From positions 1,426,001 to 1,490,000 of the forward strand of contig NW_026250408.1 of assembly GCF_024521635.1 (NCBI RefSeq): a stretch of 64,000 nt of DNA, in the 5' to 3' direction. Positions 25,988-38,414 of this stretch are shown here, in pieces. A model generated the notes under the pieces. The model was not told the origin of the DNA and ran no database searches. It saw nothing but the letters and a program-made list of their open reading frames with translations. This DNA is from Tricharina praecox (lineage: Eukaryota). Both the position numbers and the translations under genes were made by a program. Within the stretch, counting starts at the first letter, position 1; the number at the start of each line of letters is the position of its first letter.

Positions 25988-26675
25988 GACTGGTGGCTGA
26001 CGCTTCCCATTCCTATTCTAGCTCGGTAGCGAGCAGCTAGAGTGACTTATCCTGCTCCTCTTAGTGCTACCGCTAGTACCGTCCCGTAGCACTCTGCATC
26101 CATAGCGAGAACCGCCGCCCCGCTCCCACCACGACCCCGCCTTAGGGCTTACGATCGTCCCGAATGTCCGACGGAACTCCAACGCTTGGCGGACCCGCAC
26201 CGGCGAGCGACGGCAGCATTAGCCAGCGGCTTGTCGCCTCTAACTTTCTCTCACAGCTCCCCCACCTGCCCAGCACTCGAAGTACATAACTGCGAGAGCC
26301 CATACAAGCTACTACCGGTACCGGTACATCGCAGCACGATTGGAAGCTGTACCACTGCACACGCCAGCCTTCCATCCACACCCACCCACTCCCCCAATTC
26401 GCTCACCACCCCGCATCATCCCCCCTCCCCTCCCTGCAGACTCGAGATACTCTACTCTACCGTGCTCTAGCTTCCACACCCTCCCCCCCTCCAAAAAAAA
26501 AACACGACGCCTGCGTCTGCACCGACAGAACTGCTCGGGTTCGACCGCCTCGCTCCGTATCGTCGGCGTCACTTGGAAGACGCGAGCAAGAGAGAGGGAG
26601 GGAAAGAGAGAGACAACCCGAATACGATCGATACACCCGTAGCTAGCAGGCGGATTGTCCGGCATCTCGCCCACC

Positions 26676-28980
26676 ATGAATGAACCTACGAGCCCACGTG
26701 ACGCCTCCTCCTCCTCGTCTTCCATGAACCTGCCCTGCCCATTGCTCTCCCTTCCTCCCGAGATCATCGACGAGATCGTGTCGCTCCTCAAATCCGACGA
26801 CAACAGCGACCTGTTCAGCGTTGCCAGGACCTGCCGCCAATTCCATCATGCCGCCACTCCCAAGATCTACGCCCGCGTGTTCCTGGGCTACTACGGTGTC
26901 GGCGAGAATGGCAAATCTCCGAGGAGGGCGGTCAGGATTTTGGAGTTGATGCGAGAGCCCAATCTCGTGAGACACGCTGGTGAGTCGCCGTCGGATAGCA
27001 GGATGGCAGGATAACACTCGTTTGTGCTACGATGCTGATCCCATCCTCCTGCTTGTAGTCTTCATCGACCATGTAGATTCTCCGCTGCCGACATTCACGC
27101 GGGCGAGCGTCGAACGGATGCGTATACGGACGCGCCACGACATGCCCATGCTGCCGCAACTGGCGATACTCACGCTGGCGCTCGCGGGCAACGGCCAGGA
27201 GTTTGCTCCCGCACCTCCGCCGCTACCACCGCCGCTACCACTGCCGCCGCCCGGATTCACGTTCGAGCGCCTGCAGGAAACGTTGGATGCTGGAATGGTC
27301 AACCTTTACCAGGCGCCCGTTCGGACCATCCGTATCGTTGCGGGCTCCGCCCTCGTGATCCAAGCTCTCCTGGAGTATGTAGTCCGGCGCGATTGCGTGC
27401 GGAAGCTCTGGGTCGAGGATGTGCCGCTGCGTGCCTTGACGCGCTTCCTCTCGACCACGCCCGAGGTCCAGCGCGGCTTCACGACCGGGCTCACGCATCT
27501 GCGTCTGCGAAAACTCATCACGACGGGAGCGAGGACGATGCTGCCCATGGGCCGCCACGTACCGGACGACGACTGCTGCCCGCGGTTCATCCAGACGATC
27601 ATCTCGCACTCGCCTAACCTGACGTCGCTGACCATCGAGCTGGTGCAGAATATATCCACGCTGCCCGAGATCCTGGAACCGCTGACGTTTCCGGCGCTCA
27701 CGGCGTTCCAGCTGCGCGCGCAGACCGGCGATGTGTCGTGCGTGCCGAACTTCCACCTCACGCACGAAAGCATCATCGCTTTCCTGCTGCGCCATCCAAA
27801 ACTGAAAGCGTTTGCGTGGCCCGCCGAGAAATTTGTGCTGCACCAGGGCCATGAACACCTGCTCGTGCCGCTGATGGAGCATGTCTCGCGCCGCCTCGTC
27901 TGGTTCCGCTCCGACTGTAGCCTTCTGCGCGTGGGCGAGCACTGGTCGGGCAGACTCAATCCCTCGCGCCTGTTCTTGGCGACGTTCCTCAAGCGCATGG
28001 AGATGCTCGAGACGATCAAGCTGCAGGGCGACTTCCAGCGTAAGGAGATGACGGCGATCCACGCGGCCATCGGAAGCTCGGCATCGGCGGCGAAGATGAA
28101 GAAGTACTCGCTCATACGCCCGCAGGTCGAGTGGCTCGATGAGATCGTGACCGCCATGCCGGGCCTGAGAGAGCTGAAGCTGTGCGCATACTCCACCCCC
28201 GGGCTGGTTAGCTTCTACGACATTGCCGTCCAGGGCGTCCAGGAGACCGACGGCTCGATGCGCAACAACATCACACTGGTACGTATATATCCACCGCTGC
28301 ATCCTGCGCCCCCCTCACTCTTGTTCTATCTCTGACTCTGACACTGCAAACAGCAACAATTCCTGCAGCCCATCGGCACTTTAAAGCACCTACAGAAGCT
28401 CACGATCCCGTTCCACACAGGTCTAGACATGAGCGACGTAGTCGTATCCGACATCTGGGACGAGTACCGGTCTCGGCACCCTGGGTCACGGAACTTCGCT
28501 GCGCACCCGCACTACAAGTCCCTCGCGGCCGAGATCGACATGCACGAGCCGCTGCCGTCGTCGCGCATAGAAACGCTCGAGAACGGGATCCAGCAGCAGA
28601 CGATAGAAGACCTGGATGTGCTAGCTGCCCAGCCGAGGAATGTCGTCAGCCATCTGTTGAAACAACTGAGGAGGGCTGCGAGAACGAACGGCGGGTTGAA
28701 AGAGCTCAGGTCTATTCGCTGCTTCTTTATTTTGCAGATCGAGGCGAATAATCTTGATATTAATGAGTTTTTGGTAAGGGTTGAGCAGAGGGCGCAAGGG
28801 GAGCAGGGGGGTGCGGGGGGTGCGGGGGGTATGGTTGGTGGAGAGAGGGTGGAGAGGGTGGAGAGGTTGGAGAGGCTGGAACTCGCGGAGACCCCGGTGC
28901 TGGCCTATGGCTGGGGAACGGGCCTGTGGCTCGGCGATACGAAGCCGCTTAGGAGTCGGGCGTGGTTTGGGGGGGCGTAG
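26676..28980 (+). CDS. F-box protein with LRR/RNI-like region, ~716 aa, 3 exons (26676-26979, 27059-28278, 28354-28980)
   Basis: F-box signature LLSLPPEIIDEIVSLL...DLFSVARTCRQFH..A.PKIY. LxxLxL repeats include GLTHLRL, PNLTSLTI, PALTAFQL, PKLKAF, PGLRELKL and HLQKLTI. Donors GTGAGT/GTACGT and acceptors TAG/CAG keep the frame. Confidence 0.85.
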
Positions 28981-31900
28981 TTTTGGGCTGGGCTGGTTGG
29001 AACTTGGGCGGAGGACCGAGGAATGGGAGGGACTGGTTCTTGGATCGGGACTCGGGAGGCACATGGGTTTTTGGATTACGGTGATGTCTAGTTGTAAATC
29101 TCTACTTGAGTCTTGCGAGGCCATTAGATTGTCAAAGTATGTACTTGCCCCAGCCATTGGTCACTGATGGCTTGGGGATACGAGCAATCGATTCTTGGGT
29201 TTTTATATCGTGTTGGATTACAAACGAGATGCCGAGACAGTCCTGACCCGGAGAGACGTATGTGATAAATGATCTGTTTGAACTTTGGTTAATCATTGGG
29301 TGCCTGTAAGGTGGTTGTAAGTTGTGACCTATTCGGATGATGGGTCATGGGTCATGGGTCAAAGGAATATACTCGGTTGCCCATCCAGCTTCCACTGTGC
29401 AATAGTGCAACCGGACTTTCGTTAAGCGGGCCCGACATGGCCACTGGATTCCTCTGTCCCCGACCCTCTGTCTCCTTCTGAACCTCTGTCTACAACTGTG
29501 ACAAGCGAGCGGGCGAGAGCGCGGGAATCAATGTATTGTCGCGCACACAGCCTTACTACCTAGAGCACGGCGAGCACATACATACCCGACTGCCGAGTCC
29601 CGCCCGACCGTTTCTGAAGTGACAAGCTCGGGACTCGGGATTTGGGACTCGGGACTTGGGAGATTCCAGGAATGACTTACAGGTTTCAGGCTATGATGGT
29701 CGCGACGGGGGTGACGGGCGAGTGATTGAGGGGTATGGAATGTAGCTGTTGAAACTTGGAACTTGGAACTTGGACGGTTGTGCTGGGTGGGTGGACGTAA
29801 GAGTGGGAGTGGGAGTGGGAGTGGGAGTGGGAGTGAACAGGACATTGCAGACCATTGCAGACCATTGGCGATTGAGTGAAGTTGAGAGTGAATAGGACAT
29901 TGCAGGCTTGCAGTCACTCGTGCTGAGTGAGTGGGTCCGATCATAGTATCATAGTCTCATGCCACACCCACAAAGCGACAGTGCGACAGTGCGATACCCA
30001 CCGTGACCGGCGGAGCGAGTGAGCGAGGAGGCTGCAGACGTGTAGAGCCGTATTTACTATAGATACCTCGTAGACTGCAGTGTGCAGCGTGCAGTGTGCA
30101 CGCAACGATGTTAGACCCTGTCATTCGAGTCCATCCGATTCTCACAACAGTACAAGATATCAAGATCCGTCGTGCCAATACCATCCACAACACGAACGGT
30201 GGTAGTGGTGGTGTATACAGCACCAGCTATAGTGAGAGTGATGGAGTACCTACTTGGTACGTAGAGGAGGTAGCTATCGTGCCAACGGCGGCGGCAACTG
30301 GGAGTATTGCGAATGCCACGATAATCGCAACTTTGCAAGCCTCGCTGGAACGGTAGAACCTAGAACCTAGATCATGGTGTTGTCGGCGTCAGTGTCGGTA
30401 TCGGCGCCTGTACCGCGGATTACCACAGCCCACGGGCTCACGGGTCGCCGAGGTACAGAGTGCCTTGCGTACGTATGATAGCTACTGGATAGAGTACACG
30501 TCCGCACCGACGTAACCCCCGTCTCGAGTATATTCCCTGCCAATCTGAACCGTCACTCCGCGATCTGGATCGCGAAATTGCGATCCCGAAACGCTCCGTG
30601 TAGCTGATGCCAGCCGTTGCGGTTGGGATGCGGGGACCGGGGACCCCAGCGGGTAAGGTCGGCCGCGGCCAAGCGAGTGATTTCTGTGACCGTCACGGGA
30701 AAATTTGCCTCCGGAATCCGGGATTTGTAGGATACCGGTAGCGTACAGGATCAGGGATTGACGGGGTGGGAGGGGGAAACAAGGAAGATTGGAGAAGGGT
30801 AATTGGCGGTAGACTGATGAGTTGGTGTTTTGTTTGGTGAACTCACCCGCTATCACTACACACGGTATGACACCGTTCGCAGCCGCCGTGATACGGGTAC
30901 GATGTGTACTCCGACGTCGTCCTCACAGTCCCCACTCTCACTCCCGCTCGAAACTCAACACACCACCTCAGCATTCGACGACATTTACAGGAGCTGCACG
31001 ACCAAGCCCGTTCACCTCCAAGAGTCCAAACGTCCAAGGCAGCGCTCCGTTCGCCAGCCATCGCCAGCCCTCGCCAGCCAGCATCTGCAAAGTTCTACTT
31101 CCGGAGGGACCTATGCGTACACACATCCCTCCATACAGACATGCATGCATGCGTAAACACCCGCGTGATGTGAATCGCGATCCGACTGAGCGGGGAAGCG
31201 GGATAGCAGAGAGTGCACTTTTACATACATACGGAGGTCAAGGATTAGCCATCACGACGGGAGGTTTTTCAGCCGGGTTTTCACTGTTCAGCCGGCGTGG
31301 GGCGAACTGGCGAACTTGGGAGTGCGGCGGGATCTGAATAAGTTGTAACCCATGAGTGGGCGGAAGGTGCTAGTTCCCATGGGTCGCTGATGTTCTTGGA
31401 GACCATGGATAGAATGGTACTGCGCGATCTTCCAGAGTCCGAGTCCCGTGGTCTCGGATCACCGCGGCGTGCCACTTTAAAGTACTGAGACTTCCCACCG
31501 AGACGTCCAATACCTATAACCGCTACAGCTCGCCCCCCCTCAAACTTGCAACCCGCCGGGCCGAGCCGAAACTCCCGGCAAACGCAGTTACGCAGGGGTT
31601 CGCGTGTTCCGAGGATTCACGTCTCCCCCCCTCCCTCCGAGGCCCCGCTGCAGAATCCATGCTTAGCATACGAAGCATTAGCCCATACCGCACACATTCG
31701 GAAAATACGGTAGGCGCTAGTTACAGGTTACAACTCGCTGCAGGCTCCTCCATACGGCAGACATCGCAGCCCACAAGTCTTGGTCTCTCTGGAGTCTGGA
31801 TTTCCGCAAGAAAACGTGTGGCTGCTTCCACTGTGCATCCGGTTCTTCTCCAGGGAAGTTTCGCGAAGGGGAGTCATATGTAGAACCGGATGGTATGTGC

Positions 31901-32887
31901 TTACATACAGCTGTTACCAGTTGGAGAGGCTGCCGAGGACGTTCGGGAAACAACACAGCTACTGCGCTGAAACTGTAAAGAAAAGTTGGCCGACAGCGTA
32001 GGATCCACAGCTCCAGACTCCAGAATTCGGCAGGGCAACGGCGGTGACTCGTGAGATTGAGAGCCTGATCCCACCGGACAGACAGACAGACAGCTTCGGA
32101 GATTCAGAGAATCGGAGGAGCGCATTGTGCCTATTATATAGTATATAGGACGCGGACTGCATAGCGAAAGGCGAAGGAACCCAAATCCGACAGCCGGGTT
32201 GACTTCGCATACCGTACTCTACTGCTGCTACCGTAGATCACGTCGGTGCGAATGTGGAAGAAAGTGTTGGTCATCCAGCCCAAGTTTGCACATGAAATCT
32301 TTGTTTTATATTTCTTCTTCGCTATTCGCACGCACTACTCGTGTATGATATATCCTGTCTGCTGTAGTAGAGGATACATATAACCAGCTCGAGTAGGATG
32401 CACACAAGATGCTCCGACGATCGCGGCGAAGAGGCGAGTGACACACCTGATTCGGCACTCCAGCACCCCATGCCTCTCCCATACAATCTCGCGGGCCTCA
32501 AAGATGTTGACATCTAGTCGATACCAGTTTTGCGAGAGCTCTTCGCTAATTTCTCTCCAGACCGACAGGCCGGCAAGCGTTCGGACGAGGAAGGGAGCAC
32601 ACACAGACAAGAGAGCGGAGATAGGATGTTGATCGTTTGTTCGATAGATGATGGTCGAGAAAGAAGAAGAAGAAGACTCCGCCATGCCTATCGAGTTGAT
32701 GCCCACCAATGGCTACCTTCGTTTTCTCCCGCCGAGTCGCCGACAGGAGTCCTCCTTCACTACCTCCTCCCGCTGACAACCCAGCCTCCCCCTTCACTTC
32801 GCCACACCAGCCTCTCCCGACTCCCGGCGCGAGACTTCGTGAGCTTGAGCCTGAGAGTCCGTGCCTGAGACCGAGACCGAGACCGCA

Positions 32888-33062
32888 CACTCACTACTCG
32901 TACTATCCTCGTTCGGCCATGGTGGATTCATGTCTCGTGAGTCGTCCTTCGCAGCTAATAGGACCTCTTCATGAGAGAAGCACGTACCATACCCGCACTC
33001 ACTACTCGCACTACCGGTATACTCATTCAACCACGGTGGATTCATCTCTCGTCCACCGCAGC
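32888..33062. repeat. Diverged 108-bp-period direct duplication
   Basis: CACTCACTACTCG(T/C)ACTA...CTC(G/A)TTC..CCA(T/C)GGTGGATTCAT(G/C)TCTCGT starts at 32888 and 32996. Confidence 0.8.
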
Positions 33063-35754
33063 CAGAGACCTTTCCAAGACTTCCAGAGCCAAGTACCAGT
33101 CTACCAGACCCATCCACCCCCCGTTCCCCATCTCACCATCCTTCCGATCCGCGACGCCTTACACAAATCCCACGAGCACTGTCACACGGAATACAGAACA
33201 CACCTGCGCACGAACTCCTACACGGCGCTACGGCGCGATAACGACAACTGTACTCGTACATCTGCCATGCAGGAATGCTGACTCGGTTCTGAGCTCCTTG
33301 ACCGCGGGGAAGTGGATGTGGCCATACACACACACTCACACACACATACACACGAGCTCACACACACGATCTCAAGCTCGAGCTCGAGTGCGCAGCTTCA
33401 AAAGTCTGAGACCCATCGTTTGCTCTCCCCAGTCTCCAGTCCTGAGTCCGCCCAGTCCATGTTCAGGCTGCACACCTCCACCTCCACCTCCACCTCCACC
33501 TCCACCTCCACATACACATTCAAGGCCTACACCCCACCCCACCACGAGCGAGAGTCTGAGTCCTCGTCGGAAAAAGAGGCACGCGGATGGCGTGCATATG
33601 CATACTATCCGTGGCGCCCTCATGCTCCCAAGCCTTTGGGGGCGCTACTGCCTACTGGGGATCGCTCGTGGAGGGGCGGGGCCGCGGGGCTGGTGGACAC
33701 ATATTGGTGGAACATGACGTCTGGGCTGGGGTTTGGCGATGATTCACATTTTGACAACCCCATGTGCGTACGAGGTTATGTATCTGCAGTACCACGCCGC
33801 GGGGCTCCGGCCGTAGTGGATCCGAGACTCGTTGAGACTTGAGACTTGAGGGGGAGGGAGGCGGACGTGCATACACGGTGCACACGTGGGTACTTGGGTA
33901 CTTGGGTACTTGGGTACCGAGCTGTGGAGTAGTGGAGCTGCTAGAGCAGCCACATAATTCCCAAGTACTTACCGAAAGTACCGAGCTGGAGGGTGTGGAT
34001 TGTGGGGATATGTATGTAGTGGGAATATGTATGTAGTGGGAATATGTGTGTAGTGGGAATATGCAGTGCATCAGCTAACTAGGCAACTAATACCCACCAC
34101 CTCACTCATCACCAAGCTCCGAGCTATGCAATCCCGCAGGCCGCAGCGTAGGCCACAGGCTATTTCCGGCATCACCACCACAGCGACCACAGCTCACAGA
34201 CCACTCAGCACGTCGAGAATCGAGATCGCTAAGCGCCCGCCCTCGGTCCCAAAGGAGAGCCATGCATCATTTCCACCGCACCCCACCGCACCGCACCCCA
34301 CGCACGACACGACGACGACGAGTTTTTTTTGGGGGGTATTTTAGTTTCGACATCCTTCGCGCACGATTCGCTCACGGGGCCCGGTGGAGAGATGATGGAT
34401 TCTTGGGAGATTCACGAGATTCGGTCCTTCATATTCATACCCACGCCCCGTGCCTGATAGGGCACTGCGCTTCCACGGTGGTTGTAACTGCGTACTTGCA
34501 CTTGCTCAGTGGCGACGTGTGGTTGGCCGCACTCGCACATTGGATGTCTCAAGCGCATCCGGCAGGCTGGGCTGGTATCGTAGTCTACTCTTGGGACATG
34601 TGTCGACTCTCCTCTAGTTTCTACTCTCCTCTAGATACCGTGATAGCGACCTGGCTAGTGCGAAACTCCCACGATACAAGAGGGGGGGAGGGGCCCGGGG
34701 GAGGCGGAGGAGGACGAGGGGGACTGTTTTGCGTGGGCTGTCTGTGACAATATTACAATACAATACAATACAATACAATACACTTCTTTCTTTCCTGCCC
34801 CTCCCCTCCCCCTCCCCCCCCCACCGCCGCCCCCAAAAGTCTGCATACCAAGTATCTAGCGGTGTTCTTTTCTTGATAATTGTTTGGACGCGCGAGAAAC
34901 GCTGGCTGTTCTTACTTCTGTTCTGTTTCTCCCTTCTGCCGCTGGAAAAAAACGAGATCGACTCCGTTTCTGTCCGGTTCTTTTTTTTCCTTCGAGATAT
35001 TTAATTTCGTTCTTTATTTATCTTCTTGCTTACCTGCCGGAGCGCCCGCCAAACGAAACATCCACATCCACTCTCTCGTTGTTGTTGTCGCCATATCATA
35101 TCGTCCCGACTCCCGACCGACTTGCCGCGGCCAGCTCATCAGCAGTAGCACCAGAAGCACAGGCACAAGCACATTCACAAGCGGGCTGCGTGTACTGCGT
35201 GTCACAACCCGAAACAAAACAGAAAAAAACACATCATCAGCACTCAGCATCCGTAGTCATCGTACATATTACAGGTACGTAGTGTTTCAATCTAAATCGA
35301 TACTTCAGACTGCGAGCTGGACGGAGGCTGGCGGTTTTGGCTTCCGCCCCCCCTCCCCCCCTCCTCCCCCCGCACTGCTGTGCATGTGCTGCTGGACCTT
35401 GGAAACTTGGAGCTTGGGAGATCATATATACCCGGTACATAATCCCCGCCCACGCCCCGCGCCGCCATGTGCGCTGGATGTTTTTTCCGTGGACCGAATT
35501 GTGCCAACAAATCGACGGACTGACTGACTGACTGGCCAACGGGAAGACAGATACTGTTACTGATTCTGATACTGAAACTTGAAGAGTGGACTGTTGACGC
35601 TGGTTGTCACTTTTTCACCTTTTTACATTCTGAAGACGGACTGAAAGACAAGAAGAAGACAAGAAGGACAAGAAGGACAAGAAGGACAACAAGAAGAAGC
35701 AGTCAAAGTTGCCTCTACTCCCGGTCCGACGAGTGACCCCGCTGTGAGACCGAC

Positions 35755-38414
35755 ATGGCTCCTTCACTGTCCATCTTCTCCCGCCGCAAGAACTCGGATG
35801 GCGACCGGACGGCGACCCCCAAATCCCCCGAGCGCTCGACACCGCGGTCTCCCGCTCCTTCATATTCCATCCCAACCGTGACTACCACCCGGTTCCGCAG
35901 CCGATCAAACGACTCGCCGGGCCCAGCCTCACCGAAGCACCTGCCACGGCTGCAGACCTCGCCGACACCGCAGGAGCCCTCCTCCTCGCTGCGCCGCACA
36001 CCATCCAGCGTCTCGACCTCGAGCCACCACGGCCACCAGCGCAGCGTCTCCAGCAGCAGCAACTACGTCGCCTTCCCGCCGTCGCCGCACCCCGGCCGCC
36101 AGATCTACCAGCCCGCGCCCCAGCGCACCCAGCGCTTCCAGCACTACAGCCACACCAGCGACAATGCGTCCGTCTCCATGCTGCCCACGCCCGTCGAGAC
36201 GCCCGTCACCCCCGCGGTGGCAACCCCGACGTCAGCCCGCCCGGGGGAGAACGCAAGGAAGCGAGCCTTCCGCTTCCCGCCCTCGAATAATGCACTGCCC
36301 ATCAGCCCGCCGCTGAGCCCAGAGAGCCCACTGGTGTTCGGCTACAGCCCCATGGAGGCGGGAAACAACAGTCTGGTACGTGCTGATCTCTAATCTCGGG
36401 ATACATGACAAAATGCTGACGTACCTCTTAGGGCATGAGCCCCATCTTCCCCATGCGCAATCACGCCAACACGCCGAGCATGGACTCGACCGAATCACAG
36501 GTGGGGCCCACACCTTATCGTTCGCGACACGGCGCGGCGGCAGCCGTCGGAGGAGGAGTAGGAGCAGGAGGGGGCGCTGACCAATGGCAGAGCGATTCGC
36601 TGCTGCTGCTGCTCAACCGGATCCGCGAGCTCGAGCGCGAGCTCGAGACCGAGACTTCGCACCACAGCACGCGCATCGCCGCGCTGCGGCAGTCGCACGT
36701 CGACGTTGTCGCCGCGCTGAAGGAAGGCCATGCCGCTGATAGAGACGCGCTGAGGAAGGCGACGGCCCCTGGGTGGTCGCTGCTCGCTATCGAGGGGAAG
36801 GAGAAGGAGCTCGAGCTGCTGAGGTCGAATAATGATATGCTCAATCTGCGACTGGAGGATATGGAGGAGCTCCTCCAGGAGCGCGATCGACAGCTCGAGT
36901 GGTTGAAGGATAAGCTGCGCGATGGCGCCGAGTGCGTCGAGGTGGATAAGGTCCTTGCCGAGGAGCAGCGGCAGCGGCTGCAGCTGCAGAAGCGCTCGAA
37001 AGAGGAGATTGGGCTCGGGATGCAGGGGGTGGAAGAGGAGGGCGGCGAGGGGGAGGTGGAGAAGAGGCGCCGGTGCGAGCTGGCCGGGAAGTTGAGCACC
37101 GTGGAGGCGAGAAGGAATATTGAAAGGCTCGAGTACGAGTCGCACCTGGAGACCATGCGGCGGGAGCGGGAGACGCTGGAAGCGAAGCTGCGGGACGCGA
37201 ACGAGGAGCTCGAGAAGCGCCGGGTGGTGGTGCCGCTCACGCACCTCCACCGGTCGGGCAACGACGACCTCGTGGCGATGGTCAAGACGCTCAACGCGCG
37301 GCTGACAGAGGAGAAGAAGAAGAACCAGTACCTCGAGGCGACCATGGCGCAGATCACCGAGGACGCCTGGTTCACCGTCTCCGACAGCAAGCACGACATC
37401 CAGAAGCTCAAGAACGCGGCGGAAGACCGCGATGCCCACATCGCTGGCCTCAACCGCGAGTTCGCAATCGTCAAGCGCGAGCGCAATGAGTTCGAGGAGG
37501 CTTGGAAGACCCTGTGCAAGGAGAACGCGGCGCTCCAGCAGGCCACGGAGGACCGTTCCGAGCGCATCAAGGACCTCGAGGAGGAGAGCGGCGCCCTCCG
37601 CGATACCCTCGAGCACACGCGCGCGCAACTCGCCTCGCTGCAGCAGCAGCAGCAGCAACAACAAACCTTCGAAATCCCCATCAAGCTCGCCACCAGCTCC
37701 TCCTCCTCGTCGTCGTCGTCACGCTCCATCTCCCCACCCGCCGCCTCTGACTCCCCAGCCACGAACCTGTCTGACGTCGTCGCGCAGCTCAAGCGCGACA
37801 CGAAGCTCTACCGCAACGACATTCGCGCATACAAGCGCGACGTCAAGCGGCGCGACGCCACCATACTCCAACTGCAAGCCCAGCTTTGCGCTACCCCAAA
37901 CTTAACACTACTCTCGGAGTTCCCAGTCCCCCCCTTACCGCGGCTCTCGGACAACACTGGCACCGTGCAGCAGCAGCAGCAGCAGCAGCTGAAAGACGAG
38001 AACGGCGCGCTCAAAGCGCAGCTGGCAGAGCGCGACGGGCTCGCGAGGCAGCAGACCCTGCTGCTAAACGATATGGAGGAGAAGGTTAAGAGACTTAGAA
38101 GGGAAAAGGAACTGTTTGAGATTGAGACGCTGCAGCAGTTTAGGAGGATGCAGAATAGCTTTGTCGTCCTGGAGAGGAGGGCTATGGAGGTGGCTGAGGT
38201 GAATGCGAATGGAGATGCGGGGAATGGGAATGGGAATGGGGCGCTGGGGGGGAAGGGGAGGGTGGGATTGGGCGTGGGGGTGGGGTTGGGGGTGGACGCG
38301 GATGGGGATGAGCTGCCGCCACTGCCCCCGCCGCCCCCGCCACCGCCCAAGAGTCCTGGTGGACCGATGACGCCTGGCAGGGAGGAGGAGAGGGGGGAGG
38401 TTTTTGTGTGGTGA
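35755..38414 (+). CDS. Long coiled-coil protein with S/P-rich N-terminus and polyproline C-terminus, ~867 aa, 2 exons (35755-36375, 36432-38414)
   Basis: Phase-0 intron GTACGT..GCTGAC..TAG joins the 212-aa and 659-aa ORFs. The middle is an E/R/L/K/Q-rich heptad region of roughly 500 aa with strong GC3 bias. Specific function not recognised. Confidence 0.85.

Noticed and set aside
27235..28302. Long antisense ORFs here and over the coiled-coil, JmjC and NDH-2 genes (e.g. 36515-37801, 51156-53027, 61567-62853)
   Set aside because: Shadow ORFs expected from high GC3 or repetitive coding sequence on the opposite strand; no domain-like content.
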